Shown: positions 29,233 through 43,614 of the stretch, in pieces
Numbering within the stretch: the first letter of the stretch is position 1
How the letters are laid out: each line of letters starts with the position of its first letter
From: Escherichia phage vB_EcoM_G2469
Sequence record: MK327934.1
Length of the DNA stretch: 64,000 nucleotides
Reading direction: 5' to 3' (one strand)
The notes under the pieces: generated by a model
What the model was told of the DNA's origin: nothing
Seen by the model: only the letters and a program-made list of their open reading frames with translations
Databases searched by the model: none
Translations under genes and position numbers: made by a program

Positions 29233-30812
29233 GTAATAACAATACATACCAACACGTTTCAAATGAATCTATTTACGTTGAATTCGACCCTACGGGGTCG
29301 AATTTTCCAGACACAGTCACTAATGTCCAAGCCGCATTAGCTGCCATTTCTCCTTCAGGTGTTAATGGCGTACCGGAAGCAACAACTACTACACCTGGAA
29401 TTATTCAAATAGCTACTCCACAAGAAGTTATTGATGGATTAGATAATAGTAAAGCTGTTACTCCAGCATCACTGAATGCTCGTCTACAATATCCTAATGC
29501 AACCGAAACTCAATATGGCTTAACTCGTTATGCTACTGAAGATGAAGCAGTAACAGGAACTATTGACGATGCATCAATTACTCCGCTTAAATTGAATCAA
29601 AAAATAGACGATGTATTTCAGACAAAAGTGTCAACAGAAGCAACAAATGGTGTAATTAAAATTTCAACTTCTGCTGCGGCATTAGCCGGTTCTGACGATA
29701 CAACGGCAATGACCCCGTTAAAAACGCAACAATTAGCAATTAAACTTATTTCGCAAATTGCTCCAAATAATAGTGACGCCACCGAATCTATTACCGGTGT
29801 TGTTCGTTTGGCTACAGTTGCTCAAGCGCAACAAGGCACCCTGCGTGAAGGCTATGCAATTTCACCTTATACCTTTATGAATTCAGTAGCATCAGAAACT
29901 AATAAAGGTGTCGTTAAACTAGGGACACAGACAGAAGTAAATAGTAACAACTCTTCAGTTGTAGTGACCGGCGCAACATTAAACGGACGTGGTGCTACAA
30001 CTTCTTTACGTGGAGTTGTTCGTTTAACTACACAAGTGGGTAGCCAATCAGGCGGTGATGGTTCTTCTGCCCTTGCTTGGAATGCTGATGTTATCCACCA
30101 ACGAGGCGGCCAAACTATTAATGGCACGCTTCGCATTAATAATACGTTGACGGTTGGTTCTGGTGGTGCTAATATAACTGGTAATGTCAATATGACTGGT
30201 GGTTATATTCAAGGCAATCGTATTGTGACTCAAAACGAATTAGACCGAATTCTTCCAGTTGGCGCTATTACAATGTGGGCTGCAGATAGTTTACCGAGTT
30301 CTGATTGGCGCTTCTGTCATGGCGGGACCGTTTCTGCTTCAGAATGTCCGGTATATGCTTCCAGAATTGGGACACGATATGGCGGTAGTTCTTCTAACCC
30401 GGGCTTGCCTGATATGCGTGGATTATTTGTTCGTGGCTCAGGTCGTGGCTCTCACTTAACAAATCCAAATGTTAATGGTAATGACCAGTTTGGTAAGCCT
30501 AGATTAGGTGTAGGTTGTACTGGTGGATATGTTGGTGAAGTACAGAAACAACAGATGTCTTATCATAAACACGCTGGCGGATTTGGTGAGCATGATGATT
30601 CTGGAGCATTCGGTAATACCCGTAGATCAAATTTTGTTGGTACACGTAAAGGACTTGACTGGGATAACCGTTCATACTTCACCAATGACGGATATGAAAT
30701 TGACCCGGCATCACAACGAAATTCCAAATATACATTAAATCGTCCTGAATTAATTGGAAATGAAACACGTCCGTGGAACATTTCTTTAAACTATATCATT
30801 AAGGTAAAATAA
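29229..30812 (+). CDS. 12: short tail fibre gp12
   Basis: 527 aa, T4 gp12-like N- and C-termini. Confidence 0.96.
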   Translation: MSNNNTYQHVSNESIYVEFDPTGSNFPDTVTNVQAALAAISPSGVNGVPEATTTTPGIIQIATPQEVIDGLDNSKAVTPASLNARLQYPNATETQYGLTRYATEDEAVTGTIDDASITPLKLNQKIDDVFQTKVSTEATNGVIKISTSAAALAGSDDTTAMTPLKTQQLAIKLISQIAPNNSDATESITGVVRLATVAQAQQGTLREGYAISPYTFMNSVASETNKGVVKLGTQTEVNSNNSSVVVTGATLNGRGATTSLRGVVRLTTQVGSQSGGDGSSALAWNADVIHQRGGQTINGTLRINNTLTVGSGGANITGNVNMTGGYIQGNRIVTQNELDRILPVGAITMWAADSLPSSDWRFCHGGTVSASECPVYASRIGTRYGGSSSNPGLPDMRGLFVRGSGRGSHLTNPNVNGNDQFGKPRLGVGCTGGYVGEVQKQQMSYHKHAGGFGEHDDSGAFGNTRRSNFVGTRKGLDWDNRSYFTNDGYEIDPASQRNSKYTLNRPELIGNETRPWNISLNYIIKVK

Positions 30813-32260
30813 TGGCTGATATAACTCTGGTAGATTTACCATATGTTGACGGCCCGCCAGACGCGGGTCAGAGTCGTATTGAATGGATTAAAAACGATGA
30901 AGAAATAACAGGTGCTGACACAAAATACGGTTCTGAAGGTGTAATGAACCGCCCTATTGTTGAAGTTCAACGTAACGTAGAAGCGTTAGATGTTAATATT
31001 AAAACTATAGCATCTTCTTTGAATACGGCCAATGAAGATATCAAAGCTATTCAAGGTATTTTAGATGTTTCTGGGGACGTTGATGCTCTTGCACAGATAG
31101 GCCAGAACACCCAAGATATTGATGTCATTAAAGTCACAGTTCAAACCCATGCTAGTGAATTGAATGATTTGAATGAACATATTGATGCGAATACTGATGA
31201 TATTGGTGTTTATAATCAGGAAACAGATTCAGTTTATAGAACGGTTCGTAACGACCTGCTTTGGATTAAAAACGAATTAGGACAATATACTGGCCAAGAT
31301 ATTAATGGGGTTCCTACTCCAGGAAATGATAGCACTGGTATGAAACGCCGTATTATGACTAATAGCTCCGTAATTGTTGACCATGGTGTTCGATTAACTG
31401 ATTTAGAAACTAAATTTGCTGATTCTGACGTCGGCTCTTTAACTATTGAAGTCGAACACTTGCGCGAAGAAATGGGGCCTCGTACTTCTTTCACTACTCC
31501 AGTGTTTAGTCGTCTTTCCAGTATTGATTTAACTTTGTCGCGTCAAAATGCTGACTTGGATGGCATTAAACAGTCTATTGGGTATCCTAATACGACTTCT
31601 ATTATTACTACAACTAATGCGAATAGTTCAGCAATAAACGACATTAATCTTGAGCTCAATCAATCCGGTGGTATTAAACCTCGTTTGACTACAGTAGAAA
31701 CTGCCATTGGCGCTGATGATTTGCCTACTACAATCCAAGGACGTATTAAACTCAATACTGATGCTATCGGAGCATTGAACACTGTTGTCGGCTCTGATTC
31801 TTCGTCAGGATTGCGTTTTAATGTGTCATGGTTAAATAACGTAGTTGGTGTTGACGCTTCAGGTGGGAAACCGGAACCAGACGGCTCTTTGCTTTATCGT
31901 ACTCGAGAGCTCGAAGGAACTATCGGTGGGCTGAGTAATGACATTCAGAACATTCAAACCGATGTTGGGACTAATTCCACAGGAATTAAGGGTTCTGTAA
32001 ACACATTAAATACTCTTATAAATGGCACCAACCCAAATGGTTCGACTGTTGAAGAACGCGGTATATTGCCTACAGTTAAAAGTCATGATACGACAATTAA
32101 TAGTTTAACTTCTAGAATTGCTACTCTTGAAACTGATTTGGCCGCTGCAGAAGCCGAAATCCAAACTCTTAAGGACGCTGGATATATTGAAGATGCTCCT
32201 TCAGACGGTAAATTCTATGTTCGCAAAGATGGTGCATGGGTTGAACTTCCTACAGCTTAA
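30812..32260 (+). CDS. wac: fibritin (whisker/neck fibre)
   Basis: 482 aa coiled-coil; C-terminal foldon-like GYIEDAPSDGKFYVRKDGAWVELPTA. Confidence 0.94.
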   Translation: MADITLVDLPYVDGPPDAGQSRIEWIKNDEEITGADTKYGSEGVMNRPIVEVQRNVEALDVNIKTIASSLNTANEDIKAIQGILDVSGDVDALAQIGQNTQDIDVIKVTVQTHASELNDLNEHIDANTDDIGVYNQETDSVYRTVRNDLLWIKNELGQYTGQDINGVPTPGNDSTGMKRRIMTNSSVIVDHGVRLTDLETKFADSDVGSLTIEVEHLREEMGPRTSFTTPVFSRLSSIDLTLSRQNADLDGIKQSIGYPNTTSIITTTNANSSAINDINLELNQSGGIKPRLTTVETAIGADDLPTTIQGRIKLNTDAIGALNTVVGSDSSSGLRFNVSWLNNVVGVDASGGKPEPDGSLLYRTRELEGTIGGLSNDIQNIQTDVGTNSTGIKGSVNTLNTLINGTNPNGSTVEERGILPTVKSHDTTINSLTSRIATLETDLAAAEAEIQTLKDAGYIEDAPSDGKFYVRKDGAWVELPTA

Positions 32261-32266
32261 TGAAAA

Positions 32267-32280
32267 GGGCCTTCGGGCCC
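32267..32280 (+). terminator. hairpin after wac (weak terminator)
   Basis: GGGCCTTCGGGCCC, weak T tract. Confidence 0.4.
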
Positions 32281-32292
32281 TAAAGGATTTAT

Positions 32293-33219
32293 ATGTCAGG
32301 TTATAATGCACAAAACCCTAAAGAATTAAAGGACGTAATATTACGTCGTTTAGGCGCTCCTATTGTAAATGTTGAATTAACTACAGACCAAATTTATGAT
32401 TGTATTTCACGAGCGTTAGAACTTTATGGCGAATACCATTTTGACGGGTTGAATAAAGGTTTCCATGTATTTTTTGTTGATGACGAAGAAAAATATCGTC
32501 ACGGCGTATTTGATATGCGTGGTTCTAACGTATTTGCTGTAACAAGAATTATAAGAACAAATGTTGGCTCTATTACTTCAATGGATGGTAATGCAACTTA
32601 TCCATGGTTCACTGATTTCCTTTTAGGAATGGCAGGTGTTTCAGGTGGTATGGGTAGTAATTGTGGTAAATTCTACGGTCCGAACGCTTTTGGCGCTGAC
32701 CTCGGGTATTATTCTCAATTAGTATCTTATATGGGTATGCTTCAAGATATGATTGCTCCTATTCCGGATTTTTGGTTTAACTCTGCAAACGAGCAATTAA
32801 AAGTAATGGGTAACTTTAGACAGAAAGATGTCATTATCGTTGAATCGTATGTTCGCTCTTATATCGAGACCCATAAGATGGTAGGAAACACAGTAGGGTA
32901 CGGTCAGGTCGGTCCTCGTGATTCGTGGTCTATTTCTGAACGTTATGATAATCCAGACCATAATTTGGTCGGACGACGAGTTGGTGAAGATCCTGCAACT
33001 AAACAAGGCGCATATAACAACCGCTGGGTTAAAGATTATGCAACTGCATTAGCTAAAGAGCTTAATGGACAAATTCTTGCTAAACATCAAGGTATGATGT
33101 TACCAGGTGGCGTCACTGTTGATGGTGTTCGATTAATTGAAGAAGCTCGTTTAGAGAAAGAAGCTTTACGAGAAGAGTTATATTTACTGGACCCTCCTGC
33201 AGGTATTTTGGTAGGTTAA
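32293..33219 (+). CDS. 13: neck protein gp13
   Basis: 308 aa, synteny. Confidence 0.93.
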   Translation: MSGYNAQNPKELKDVILRRLGAPIVNVELTTDQIYDCISRALELYGEYHFDGLNKGFHVFFVDDEEKYRHGVFDMRGSNVFAVTRIIRTNVGSITSMDGNATYPWFTDFLLGMAGVSGGMGSNCGKFYGPNAFGADLGYYSQLVSYMGMLQDMIAPIPDFWFNSANEQLKVMGNFRQKDVIIVESYVRSYIETHKMVGNTVGYGQVGPRDSWSISERYDNPDHNLVGRRVGEDPATKQGAYNNRWVKDYATALAKELNGQILAKHQGMMLPGGVTVDGVRLIEEARLEKEALREELYLLDPPAGILVG

Positions 33220-33220
33220 T

Positions 33221-33985
33221 ATGGCAACTTATGATAAAAATCTTTTCGCCAAGCTAGAAAATCGTGGTGGGTATTCTCAGACAAATGAGACCGAAATCCT
33301 CAATCCATTTGTCAATTTTAATAATTATGAGAATAGTCAGACATTAGCCGATGTTCTAGTGGCAGAAAGCATACAGATGCGCGGTATTGAATGTTTTTAT
33401 GTTCCACGTGAATATGTTGCCGTGGACCTTATCTTTGGTGAGGACCTTAAAAATAAATTTACTAAAGCATGGAAATTTGCTGCATATCTGAACTCTTTTG
33501 AAGGTTATGAAGGAGCGAAATCGTTCTTCAGCAACTTCGGAATGCAAGTTCAAGACGAAGTTACATTATCTATTAACCCAGGTCTTTTCAAACACCAGGT
33601 CAACAATCAGGAGCCCAAGGAAGGTGATTTAATATACTTCCCAATGGACAACAGTTTGTTTGAGATTAACTGGGTTGAACCATATGACCCATTCTATCAA
33701 GTAGGTAAAAATGCGATTCGTAAAATTACTGCAGGCAAGTTTATTTACTCTGGCGAAGAAATCAATCCGGTGCTTCAGAAAAATGAAGGTATCAATATAC
33801 CTGAATTTAGTGACTTGGAACTTAACCCTGTTAGAAATCTTGACGGTATCCATGACATTAATATCGATGAATATTCTGAAGTTGAGCAAATCAATTCAGA
33901 GGCAAGTGAATACGTTGAGCCGTATGTAGTAGTTAACAACCATGGTAGACAAAATTCACCGTTTGACGACGTGTTTATGAATTAA
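33221..33985 (+). CDS. 14: neck protein gp14
   Basis: 254 aa, synteny. Confidence 0.93.
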   Translation: MATYDKNLFAKLENRGGYSQTNETEILNPFVNFNNYENSQTLADVLVAESIQMRGIECFYVPREYVAVDLIFGEDLKNKFTKAWKFAAYLNSFEGYEGAKSFFSNFGMQVQDEVTLSINPGLFKHQVNNQEPKEGDLIYFPMDNSLFEINWVEPYDPFYQVGKNAIRKITAGKFIYSGEEINPVLQKNEGINIPEFSDLELNPVRNLDGIHDINIDEYSEVEQINSEASEYVEPYVVVNNHGRQNSPFDDVFMN

Positions 33986-34037
33986 TAAATAGATAAGATA
34001 AAGCAAACACCGGTCGAAAGGCCGGTTAGGAGAAATG

Positions 34038-34859
34038 ATGTTTGGTTATTTTTACAACTCGTCGTTCAGGCGATATATCACAATGATGGGCGATTTGTTT
34101 TCAAATATCCAAGTTAACCGTCAATTGTCTACAGGCAATAAATTAATTAGAGTTCCTATTACGTATGCATCTAAAGAGCACTTTATGATGAAACTTAATA
34201 AATGGACCTCTATAAACTCACAAGAAGATGTGGCTAAAGTCGAAACTATTCTACCACGTATAAATCTCCAAATGGTAGATTTCGTTTATAACCCAACGTT
34301 TAAAACGAATATATTGAATAACTCTCTTTTGAGTAAATCGACTAAGGATATTGTAGACCAATACAACCCATCACCAATTAAAATGATTTTTGAACTGAGC
34401 ATCTTTACTCGTTATGAAGATGATATGTTCCAAATCGTTGAGCAAATTATTCCATATTTTCAGCCGCATTTTAATACGACTATGATTGAGCAATATGGGC
34501 AGGATATTCCATTTGAAAGGGATATTAAAGTCGTATGGATGGCAGCAGCAATGGATGAACAAATAGACGGTGATAATTTATCCCGTCGACGTTTAGAGTG
34601 GTCATTAACATTTGAAGTAAATGGATGGATGTATCCTCCGGTAGGCGCAGCTGAAGGCCTTATTAAAACGACTTATCTTGATTTTCATGCTAATGAACGA
34701 GACCTTCAAACAGCCGCCAGCGTTTTTGAATCAGTTGATACAGAAATTAAACCGAGAGACGTTGAAGCACAAGATTGGAATGGTGAAGTTGAACAAACTT
34801 ATACTCATGATATTCCAATCCCGACTCCACCAACCCCTCCTGGTCCTAGAAAACAATAA
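34038..34859 (+). CDS. 15: tail sheath stabiliser / tail completion gp15
   Basis: MFGYFYNSSFRRY...; tandem ATGs at 34035 and 34038 after AGGAGAA SD. Confidence 0.93.
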   Translation: MFGYFYNSSFRRYITMMGDLFSNIQVNRQLSTGNKLIRVPITYASKEHFMMKLNKWTSINSQEDVAKVETILPRINLQMVDFVYNPTFKTNILNNSLLSKSTKDIVDQYNPSPIKMIFELSIFTRYEDDMFQIVEQIIPYFQPHFNTTMIEQYGQDIPFERDIKVVWMAAAMDEQIDGDNLSRRRLEWSLTFEVNGWMYPPVGAAEGLIKTTYLDFHANERDLQTAASVFESVDTEIKPRDVEAQDWNGEVEQTYTHDIPIPTPPTPPGPRKQ

Positions 34860-37185
<2,326 letters not shown>

Positions 37186-37212
37186 AAATAAAGCAAATTA
37201 AGAGGAATTAAA

Positions 37213-39195
37213 ATGTCACTTCTCTCTCCGGGCGTTGAGCTCAAAGAAACTACCGTACAGAGTACTGTAGTTAATAACTCCACTGGTACTGCTGCCCTGG
37301 CTGGAAAATTCCAATGGGGACCTGCATTCCAGATTAAACAAATCACTGATGAAGTTGCATTAGTTGATATGTTTGGTACTCCTAATACGGATACAGCAGA
37401 TTATTTCATGTCTGCTATGAACTTCCTTCAATATGGTAATGACCTTCGTGTTGTACGCGCAGTTGACCGTGATACTGCTAAGAACTCATCTCCTGTAGCA
37501 GGCAATATTGAATTCACAATCTCTGCTGCTGGTAGTAACTACGCAGTTGGTGATAAAATTATCGTTAAGTATTTGACCGAAACTGTTGAAGCAGATGGTT
37601 ATGTCACTTCAGTTGATGTCGATGGTAAAATTCTTAACATTTATATCCCAACCGGTAAAATTATTGCTCGTGCAAAAGAAATTAATGAATATCCGGCATT
37701 GGGTTCTAACTGGACCGCCGAAGTTGCCAGTTCTTCTTCTGGACTCTCTGGCGTTATTACAATTGGTTCTATCGTAACCGATTCGGGTATTCTGTTAACT
37801 GAAGTTGAAACTTCTGAAGAAGCTATTACTTCTCTAACTTTCCAAGAATCTATTAAAAAATATGGTGTCCCAGGCGTAGTTGCTCTTTATCCTGGTGAAC
37901 TTGGCGACCAGCTCGAAATTGAAATCGTATCTAAAGCAGACTACGACAAAGGTGCTTCAGCCCAGTTAAAAATTTATCCTGATGGTGGTACTCGCGCATC
38001 TACTGCTAAAGCAATATTTGGGTATGGCCCACAAACTGATGACCAATATGCAATTATCGTTCGTCGTAACGATGCTGTAGTCCAGAGTGTAGTTCTTTCT
38101 ACTAAACGAGGTGAACGCGATATTTATGGTAGTAATATCTTTATTGATGATTTCTTTGCTAAAGGTGCAAGCAATTATATTTTCGCTACTGCACAAGGTT
38201 GGCCAAAAGGTTTCTCTGGCGTAATCAAACTGGGTGGTGGCTTATCATCTAATGAAACGGTTGACGCTGGTGATTTAATGGAAGCTTGGGATTTGTTTGC
38301 TGACCGTGAATCTGTTAATGCGCAGTTGTTTATTGCCGGTTCTTGTGCAGGTGAATCTTTAGAAGTTGCTTCTACAGTTCAGAAACATGTTGTAGCAATT
38401 GGTGATTCTCGTCAAGATTGCTTGGTTCTTTGCTCACCACCACGTGCAACTATAGTCGGTATTCCTGTTAATCGTGCAGTTGATAATCTGGTTGATTGGC
38501 GTACTGCATCAGGAACTTACACTGATAATAACTTTAATGTAAGTTCTACTTACGCTGCTATTGACGGTAACTATAAATATCAATATGACAAATATAATGA
38601 TGTGAATCGTTGGGTTCCATTAGCTGCTGATATTGCTGGTCTTTGTGCTCGCACAGACAATATTTCTCAGCCTTGGATGTCTCCTGCCGGTTATAACCGT
38701 GGACAAATTCTTAACGTTATTAAGCTTGCAATTGAAACTCGCCAAGCGCAGCGTGATCGTTTGTACCAGGAAGCTATTAACCCTGTTACTGGTACCGGCG
38801 GTGATGGATATGTTCTGTATGGTGATAAAACTGCCACTTCTGTTCCTTCACCATTTGACCGTATTAACGTTCGTCGTTTGTTCAATATGGTTAAAACGAA
38901 CATTGGTTCAGCATCTAAATATCGCCTGTTTGAATTGAACAACGCATTTACCCGTTCTTCTTTCCGTACAGAGACTTCTCAATATCTACAGGGTATTAAA
39001 GCTCTCGGTGGTGTATATAACTTTAAAGTTGTTTGTGATACTACCAATAACACACCAGCAGTTATCGACCGTAATGAATTTGTAGCTACTTTCTACTTAC
39101 AACCTGCCCGCTCGATAAATTATATTACGTTGAACTTTGTAGCAACAGCAACCGGTGCCGATTTCGACGAACTGATTGGTGCTGTAGGCGGTTAA
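37213..39195 (+). CDS. 18: tail sheath protein gp18
   Basis: 660 aa; late promoter at 37178..37185. Confidence 0.96.
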   Translation: MSLLSPGVELKETTVQSTVVNNSTGTAALAGKFQWGPAFQIKQITDEVALVDMFGTPNTDTADYFMSAMNFLQYGNDLRVVRAVDRDTAKNSSPVAGNIEFTISAAGSNYAVGDKIIVKYLTETVEADGYVTSVDVDGKILNIYIPTGKIIARAKEINEYPALGSNWTAEVASSSSGLSGVITIGSIVTDSGILLTEVETSEEAITSLTFQESIKKYGVPGVVALYPGELGDQLEIEIVSKADYDKGASAQLKIYPDGGTRASTAKAIFGYGPQTDDQYAIIVRRNDAVVQSVVLSTKRGERDIYGSNIFIDDFFAKGASNYIFATAQGWPKGFSGVIKLGGGLSSNETVDAGDLMEAWDLFADRESVNAQLFIAGSCAGESLEVASTVQKHVVAIGDSRQDCLVLCSPPRATIVGIPVNRAVDNLVDWRTASGTYTDNNFNVSSTYAAIDGNYKYQYDKYNDVNRWVPLAADIAGLCARTDNISQPWMSPAGYNRGQILNVIKLAIETRQAQRDRLYQEAINPVTGTGGDGYVLYGDKTATSVPSPFDRINVRRLFNMVKTNIGSASKYRLFELNNAFTRSSFRTETSQYLQGIKALGGVYNFKVVCDTTNNTPAVIDRNEFVATFYLQPARSINYITLNFVATATGADFDELIGAVGG

Positions 39196-39227
39196 TAAGA
39201 CGCCTGATGGGCTATTTCGGTAGCCCA

Positions 39228-39235
39228 TATAAATA
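39228..39235 (+). promoter_or_regulatory. T4-type late promoter for gene 19
   Basis: TATAAATA directly after hairpin GGGCTATTTCGGTAGCCC. Confidence 0.6.
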
Positions 39236-39307
39236 TACTATATCGTTTAAAAATTAATTCTATGGGCATCCGGTTAATCCTAAGCCCATATTACTACAGA
39301 GGCTAAT

Positions 39308-39799
39308 ATGTTTGTAGATGACGTAACTCGCGCCTTCGAATCTGGTGATTTCGCTCGCCCTAACCTGTTCGAAGTAGAAATCTCTTATCTTGGGCAAAAC
39401 TTTAGCTTCCAGTGTCGTGCTACGGCTCTTCCTGCTGCGATCGTTGAAAAGGTTCCTGTTTCTTATATGAACCGTAAAATTAACGTGGCCGGTGATCGTA
39501 CATTCGATGATTGGACTATTACAGTAATGAACGATGATGCTCATAGCATTCGTCAGAAATTTGTTGATTGGCAAGGTATTGCAGCAGGACAAGGTAATGA
39601 AATTACCGGTGGTAAACCTGCTGAATATAAAAAGTCTGCTATCGTTCGTCAATTTGCTCGTGATGCTAAAACGGTCACTAAAGAAGTTGAAATTGTCGGC
39701 TTGTGGCCTACTAACGTTGGCGAAGTATCTCTTGACTGGGACAGCAATAACGAGATTGAAACGTTCGAAGTAACTCTTGCTCTTGATTGGTGGGAATAA
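39308..39799 (+). CDS. 19: tail tube protein gp19
   Basis: 163 aa, synteny. Confidence 0.96.
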   Translation: MFVDDVTRAFESGDFARPNLFEVEISYLGQNFSFQCRATALPAAIVEKVPVSYMNRKINVAGDRTFDDWTITVMNDDAHSIRQKFVDWQGIAAGQGNEITGGKPAEYKKSAIVRQFARDAKTVTKEVEIVGLWPTNVGEVSLDWDSNNEIETFEVTLALDWWE

Positions 39800-39847
39800 T
39801 CTGGTTGGGGAGAAATCCCCAGCTTCCCGTGATGACGGAGAAGTCCA

Positions 39848-39855
39848 TATAAATA
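39848..39855 (+). promoter_or_regulatory. T4-type late promoter for gene 20
   Basis: TATAAATA 29 nt before the ATG at 39884. Confidence 0.65.
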
Positions 39856-39883
39856 TAACTATAATTCCCATTCGGAGAATACA

Positions 39884-41455
39884 ATGAAATTTAATATCTT
39901 AAGTTTGTTTGCTCCATGGGCAAAAATGGACGAACGTGATTACAAAGACCAAGAAAAAGAAAATTTAGAATCTATCACCACACCAAAATTAGACGATGGT
40001 GCTAAAGAATACGAAGTATCTGAAAATGAAGCACAGCAAACATATAATGCTATGTTTCAGAGAATGTTTGGTAGTCAAGAACCAGGGCTCAAATCAACCC
40101 GTGAACTAATCGATACGTATCGAAATTTGATGACGAACTATGAAGTGGATAATGCAGTCTCTGAAATAGTTTCCGATGCTATCGTATATGAAGATGATAC
40201 AGAAGTCGTTTCTATAAATTTAGACAACACAAAATTTAGTCCAAATATAAAATCAATGATGTTGGATGAATTTAACGAAGTGTTGAATCATTTATCTTTC
40301 CAACGTAAAGGTTCAGACCATTTTAGGCGTTGGTATGTGGATTCTCGAATTTTCTTCCATAAAATTATTGACCCTAAACGCCCTAAAGAAGGTATTAAAG
40401 AGCTTCGTCGTTTAGACCCACGTCAAGTTCAATATGTCCGTGAAGTTATTACAACCACTGAAGCCGGTGTTAAAATAGTCAAGGGTTATAAAGAATATTT
40501 CATTTATGACACATCACACGAATCTTATGCTTGTGATGGTCGCATATATGAAGCGGGCACAAAAATAAAAATCCCTAAAGCCGCGATTGTTTACGCCCAT
40601 TCTGGTTTAGTTGATTGTTGTGGTAAAAATATCATTGGTTATTTGCATCGGGCTATTAAGCCAGCGAACCAATTAAAACTTCTTGAAGATGCCGTCGTAA
40701 TTTATCGTATTACTCGTGCTCCCGATCGTCGTGTATGGTACGTTGATACAGGTAATATGCCTTCAAGAAAAGCAGCAGAACATATGCAACATGTTATGAA
40801 TACGATGAAAAACCGTATTGCATATGATGCTACTACAGGCAAGATTAAAAACCAACAGCATATTATGTCGATGACCGAAGATTATTGGTTACAACGACGT
40901 GATGGTAAAGCAGTAACAGAAGTTGATACATTACCAGGTGCAGATAATACCGGAAATATGGAAGATGTACGTTGGTTCCGTAATGCGCTTTATATGGCTT
41001 TACGTATTCCTATTACCCGTATTCCAAGTGACCAAGGTGGTATACAGTTTGATGCTGGTACTTCTATTACACGAGATGAATTATCATTTGGTAAATTTAT
41101 TCGTGAGCTGCAACATAAATTTGAAGAGATATTCCTAGACCCGCTTAAAACTAATTTAATTCTTAAAGGAATTATTACAGAAGATGAGTGGAATGATGAA
41201 ATAAATAATATTAAGATAAAATTTCATCGGGATAGTTATTTCTCGGAATTAAAGGATGCTGAGATTCTGGAGCGTCGCATTAATATGCTTCAGATGGCCG
41301 AACCATTTATTGGTAAATATATTTCTCACAGAACAGCTATGAAAGATATTCTTCAGATGTCTGACGAGGAAATTGAACAAGAGGCTAAGCAAATTGAAGA
41401 AGAGTCGAAAGAGGCTCGTTTCCAAGACCCCGACCAAGAACAAGAGGATTTTTAA
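39884..41455 (+). CDS. 20: portal vertex protein gp20
   Basis: 523 aa; late promoter at 39848..39855. Confidence 0.96.
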   Translation: MKFNILSLFAPWAKMDERDYKDQEKENLESITTPKLDDGAKEYEVSENEAQQTYNAMFQRMFGSQEPGLKSTRELIDTYRNLMTNYEVDNAVSEIVSDAIVYEDDTEVVSINLDNTKFSPNIKSMMLDEFNEVLNHLSFQRKGSDHFRRWYVDSRIFFHKIIDPKRPKEGIKELRRLDPRQVQYVREVITTTEAGVKIVKGYKEYFIYDTSHESYACDGRIYEAGTKIKIPKAAIVYAHSGLVDCCGKNIIGYLHRAIKPANQLKLLEDAVVIYRITRAPDRRVWYVDTGNMPSRKAAEHMQHVMNTMKNRIAYDATTGKIKNQQHIMSMTEDYWLQRRDGKAVTEVDTLPGADNTGNMEDVRWFRNALYMALRIPITRIPSDQGGIQFDAGTSITRDELSFGKFIRELQHKFEEIFLDPLKTNLILKGIITEDEWNDEINNIKIKFHRDSYFSELKDAEILERRINMLQMAEPFIGKYISHRTAMKDILQMSDEEIEQEAKQIEEESKEARFQDPDQEQEDF

Positions 41456-41685
41456 TGGACGATTTAATTCAAGCTATTAAATCAAACGACCTCGTTGCTA
41501 CTCGAAAGTTTTTTGAAAGTGCAATGGCAGAAAAAACGGTTCGTTTGATTGAAGCACGCAAAGCAGAAATCGCTTCTCAATTTTTAATTGAAGGCGAAGA
41601 ACCTGAAGAAGAAAAGAAAGCTTCGGAAGACGACGCTGATGAAGGCGATGACGACGAAGACGAAGATGATGAGGACGATGAATAA
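41455..41685 (+). CDS. 67: prohead core protein gp67
   Basis: 76 aa with poly-acidic C-terminus. Confidence 0.9.
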   Translation: MDDLIQAIKSNDLVATRKFFESAMAEKTVRLIEARKAEIASQFLIEGEEPEEEKKASEDDADEGDDDEDEDDEDDE

Positions 41686-42110
41686 TGTATCTTATCCCTG
41701 AATCTTATGAATTGGTACTCGAAAATGTCGAAGCACTTATTCCTGAAGCACAGGGCCGAATCGATGCATTGTCTTCTGCTCTCGATATTGACGATATAAA
41801 TACTATTATCGAGAACATGCTTGAAACTGAAACGGATTTAGCTGTTGCAATGGCTTCCATTATTAATGAAGAACAGTTAAATGAGTTTATCGTTAAACAT
41901 GTTTCTTCTCGTGGTGAAGTCACTCGCACTAAAGACCGTAAAACTCGTGAACGTAACGCGTTCCAAACCACTGGTCTTTCTAAAGCAAAACGTAGACAAA
42001 TCGCTCGTAAGGTCGTTAAAGCTAAAAAAGCTAACCCTTCAGGCCAAGTTAAAGGCTTGCGTAAGCGTAAAAAGGCTCTTAAACGTCGTAAAGCATTAGG
42101 ATTAAGCTAA
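41685..42110 (+). CDS. 68: prohead core protein gp68
   Basis: 141 aa, synteny. Confidence 0.9.
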   Translation: MYLIPESYELVLENVEALIPEAQGRIDALSSALDIDDINTIIENMLETETDLAVAMASIINEEQLNEFIVKHVSSRGEVTRTKDRKTRERNAFQTTGLSKAKRRQIARKVVKAKKANPSGQVKGLRKRKKALKRRKALGLS

Positions 42111-42751
42111 TGAATAAACCCGAGTTACTTATTGAAACTTGGGGTCAACCCGGTGAGATTATTGATGGCGTTCCAATGTTGGAATCTCATGATGGAAAAG
42201 ATTCTGGCTTAAAACCAGGGCTTTATATAGAAGGTATTTTTCTTCAGGCAGAGGTTGTTAACCGAAATAAACGTTTATATCCTAAACGCGTTTTGGAAAA
42301 AGCAGTAAGTGACTATATTAAAGAACAAGTCGCAACCAAACAAGCCCTTGGAGAATTAAACCATCCACCTCGTGCAAATGTTGACCCTATGCAAGCCGCT
42401 ATCATTATTGAAGATATGTGGTGGAAAGGAAACGATGTATATGGACGTGCTAGAATTATTGAAGGCGACCATGGTCCCGGTGATAAATTAGCTGCTAATA
42501 TACGAGCTGGTTGGATTCCAGGTGTTTCCTCTCGTGGTCTTGGTTCTTTAACCGACACCAATAAAGGGTACCGTATCGTGAACGAAGGATTTAAATTAAC
42601 CGTCGGCGTAGATGCCGTATGGGGACCTTCTGCTCCAGATGCTTGGGTTACTCCTAAACAAATATCAGAATCAGAAAATTCGGTGGAAATCACCAAAAAC
42701 AGTGCTGATGAAGCATTTAAAGCTCTCGCAGAGAGTTTAAAAGCATTATAA
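42110..42751 (+). CDS. 21: prohead core protease gp21
   Basis: 213 aa; the protease expected to cleave CTS and scaffold substrates. Confidence 0.95.
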   Translation: MNKPELLIETWGQPGEIIDGVPMLESHDGKDSGLKPGLYIEGIFLQAEVVNRNKRLYPKRVLEKAVSDYIKEQVATKQALGELNHPPRANVDPMQAAIIIEDMWWKGNDVYGRARIIEGDHGPGDKLAANIRAGWIPGVSSRGLGSLTDTNKGYRIVNEGFKLTVGVDAVWGPSAPDAWVTPKQISESENSVEITKNSADEAFKALAESLKAL

Positions 42752-42784
42752 ATAATAATGTAATCTAAACCACAGGACACTAAA

Positions 42785-43597
42785 ATGATCAAAGAACAAC
42801 TTTTGAAAGAAGCTCAGAATATCGAGACTTCAGTTGCTCTTAATAGTGTTTTCGAATCAGTAGAACTGTCTCCGGACGTTAAAGCTAATTTCAGCACTGT
42901 ATTCGAAGCCACCGTTAAGCAGGAAGCAGTCAAACTAGCTGAATCTCATATCAAAGCTATCGCCGAAAAAGCCGAAGAAGAAGTTGAAAAGGCTAAAGAA
43001 GATGCTGAAGAGAAAGCTGATAAAAAATTGGCTGAACAAGCTTCTAAATTCCTAGACCATCTTGCAAAAGAATGGCTCGCAGAAAACCAAATCGCAGTTG
43101 ATAAAGGCATTAAAGCTGATTTGTTCGAATCCATGCTTGGTGGTCTGAAAGAACTGTTTGTTGAACATAACGTTGTTGTTCCAGAAGAATCTGTAGATGT
43201 TGTAGCAGAAATGGAAGAAGAGCTGGCCGAACATAAAGAAGAAACCGCTCGTTTGTTCGAAGAAGTTACCAAACGTGATGCATATATCAATTACGTTCAG
43301 CGTGAAACCGCTATTAATGAAAGCGTAAAAGACCTGACTGAATCTCAGAAAGAAAAAGTTATTGGCCTGGTTGAAGGTATGGATTATTCTGACGCATTTG
43401 GTACTAAGTTAACTGCTATTGTAGAAATGGTTAAAGGTTCTACTAAAGAAGAAGCCGCTATTACCGAAAGTATAAATACAGTTGACAATGACGCTGCCGG
43501 TCTTAATTTTGTTGCCGAAGCAGTTGACACTACCACAACTCAGGTAGAACAGAATTCTAATGTAAGTTTATATGCGAAAGTCGCATCTCGTTTCTAA
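42785..43597 (+). CDS. 22: prohead core scaffold protein gp22
   Basis: 270 aa acidic coiled-coil. Confidence 0.95.
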   Translation: MIKEQLLKEAQNIETSVALNSVFESVELSPDVKANFSTVFEATVKQEAVKLAESHIKAIAEKAEEEVEKAKEDAEEKADKKLAEQASKFLDHLAKEWLAENQIAVDKGIKADLFESMLGGLKELFVEHNVVVPEESVDVVAEMEEELAEHKEETARLFEEVTKRDAYINYVQRETAINESVKDLTESQKEKVIGLVEGMDYSDAFGTKLTAIVEMVKGSTKEEAAITESINTVDNDAAGLNFVAEAVDTTTTQVEQNSNVSLYAKVASRF

Positions 43598-43614
43598 TTT
43601 AAAGGTTAACACAA